DNA from: Spirogloea muscicola
Lineage: Eukaryota
Reading direction: 5' to 3'
Assembly (NCBI GenBank): GCA_009602725.1
Contig: WELB01000012.1
Span: 742,619 to 806,618, forward strand
DNA length: 64,000 nucleotides
The position numbers were made by a program, and so were the translations under genes. The notes under the pieces are model-generated. The model was not told the DNA's origin. It saw only the letters and a list, made by a program, of their open reading frames with translations, and did not search any database. Shown in pieces: positions 62,880-64,000 of the stretch (positions are counted from its first letter, which is position 1; the number at the start of each line of letters is the position of its first letter).

Positions 62880-63492
62880 TGCTCATCTTCAGTCCTTGAT
62901 CAACAATGCATGACAGTTGCCAAACACATCATCGTGTACCCGTTAATTCTTCAGATTTCAGCATACACTGGTGGCTTTCCACTCTTGGCTCGACTCCTTC
63001 AAGGGCATTGACGATTTTGCAGTCTTGCCAGTCACTGTTGGTGAAGTAAATGCAAGCTAGTGTGACTCACATCAGTGCTGCTTGGCCTCGAGGTAACTTT
63101 ACCTGTTGACGTTGGCCAGGTCAGCCCTCTCTCGAGCAGCTCGTTGCTTCGTGAAGGACACAAGCATTCAACCAAAGACGGTCACTTACGAATAGAAGTT
63201 TTGCAACTCCGCGTTGACATGGTGTGCTAGATTAAGTTGGTGCATGAATCTTGCAACCCCCGAACCTAGGACGTAAGCAGAAATATTGGTCTGGAGGGGA
63301 GACAATATGCAGAGCACATCGACCAAGATAGATTGGTGAATGCGCATGAACAGGACTCACTGACAATAATATGGAGCCGGTCTCTTTTGGCACACCATAA
63401 CAACGAGCGCAGCTGCTGGAAGAAGCAGCTCTTTCACGAACTCGGGTGGCAGGCGAAGCCGCGCAAAACAGGGGGCAGCAGAGCTTGATCTG

Positions 63493-63574
63493 CGTGTTCG
63501 GCAGGACTCGAACCTGCGCGGGCAGAGCCCAACAGCTTTCGAGGCTGTCCCGTTAACCACTCCGGCACGAACAC
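63493..63574 (-). tRNA. tRNA-Ser (anticodon CGA), intronless, long variable arm
   Basis: Reverse complement GTGTTCG TG CCGGAGTGGTTAACGG G ACAGC CT CGA AA GCTGT TGGGCTCTGCCCGC GCAGG TTCGAGT CCTGC CGAACAC G folds into a cloverleaf; TTTT terminator ~25 nt downstream. Confidence 0.96.
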
Positions 63575-63815
63575 ATGCAAGCACGTCGCGAGCGCCGCAA
63601 AGCGCTATAAACTGTTGTAAAGGCAATTTGCCGACAAATGCTCTCTGGGGCCTTCCTCTACTTCTTTAATTACTATCAGCAGCGATATAGCATTGATCCT
63701 GTAATTCCTTACCGAATCCTTCATCCCGGCTTCATTCGGCTGGCTTTCCCAGCTGCGCTTTACGTACCAGCTGCGTTCTCCTCGTCGCCGCCGCGGGCGG
63801 GCCAGGCGGGCCGCC

Positions 63816-63984
63816 ATGGCGCTGGCGGCGCAGCTCCTGGCCGCGCCCTACGGCGCCGCGCTGCGCGCGCTGCCCGACGTGGCGCTGCGCGCCGCCGTGC
63901 GCGCCATGTCCGGTATGCGGCTGCGCTCGTCCCGCGCGCCCACGGCCGAGGCGCACCTCGCCGCCCTCCTCGACTTCGTCAAGG
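63816..63984 (+). CDS. First exon of a SAM-dependent methyltransferase (CMAS / coclaurine N-methyltransferase-like family), 3' partial
   Basis: MALAAQLLAAPYGAALRALPDVALRAAVRAMSGMRLRSSRAPTAEAHLAALLDFVK resembles the plant family N-terminus (LLPDxxIR...RLR...PTAExQLxxLLxFV); GT donor at 63985. Confidence 0.65.
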
Positions 63985-64000
63985 GTGCGGCCGGGCCCCC

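Overview
Intron-rich, GC-rich eukaryotic nuclear DNA with several N gaps. The gene set (EGY3, CHASE hybrid histidine kinase, plant-type APM1, CDC20, CYCB and ASN) points to a green plant lineage, most likely a streptophyte alga (inference). Gene order: EGY3-like (+, 5' partial), aminopeptidase M1 (-), Lin0512-family gene (+), ABC-F ATPase (-), CHASE-domain cytokinin-receptor-like histidine kinase (+), cytosolic HSP90 (-), cyclin B (+), a low-complexity ORF (-), a ~14 kb repeat island (~37-51 kb), CDC20 (+), asparagine synthetase (-), SDH2 (+), tRNA-Ser(CGA) (-), and the first exon of a CMAS/N-methyltransferase-like gene (+). The island holds the least explained sequence: two paralogous genes for secreted 10-cysteine peptides with a spacing I cannot assign to a known family, about 18 copies of a ~75-nt hairpin module, a ~280-bp inverted repeat, CRE-like retrotransposon relics, a mitochondrial-type LSU rRNA fragment and a ~615-bp tandem duplication. 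Also notable: at least seven GC-AG introns, apparent loss of the cytokinin-binding Asp in the CHASE domain, and MSA (AACGG) clusters upstream of both CYCB and CDC20. All identifications rest on motifs recalled from known proteins; no database search was run. Multi-exon genes are given as overall spans.
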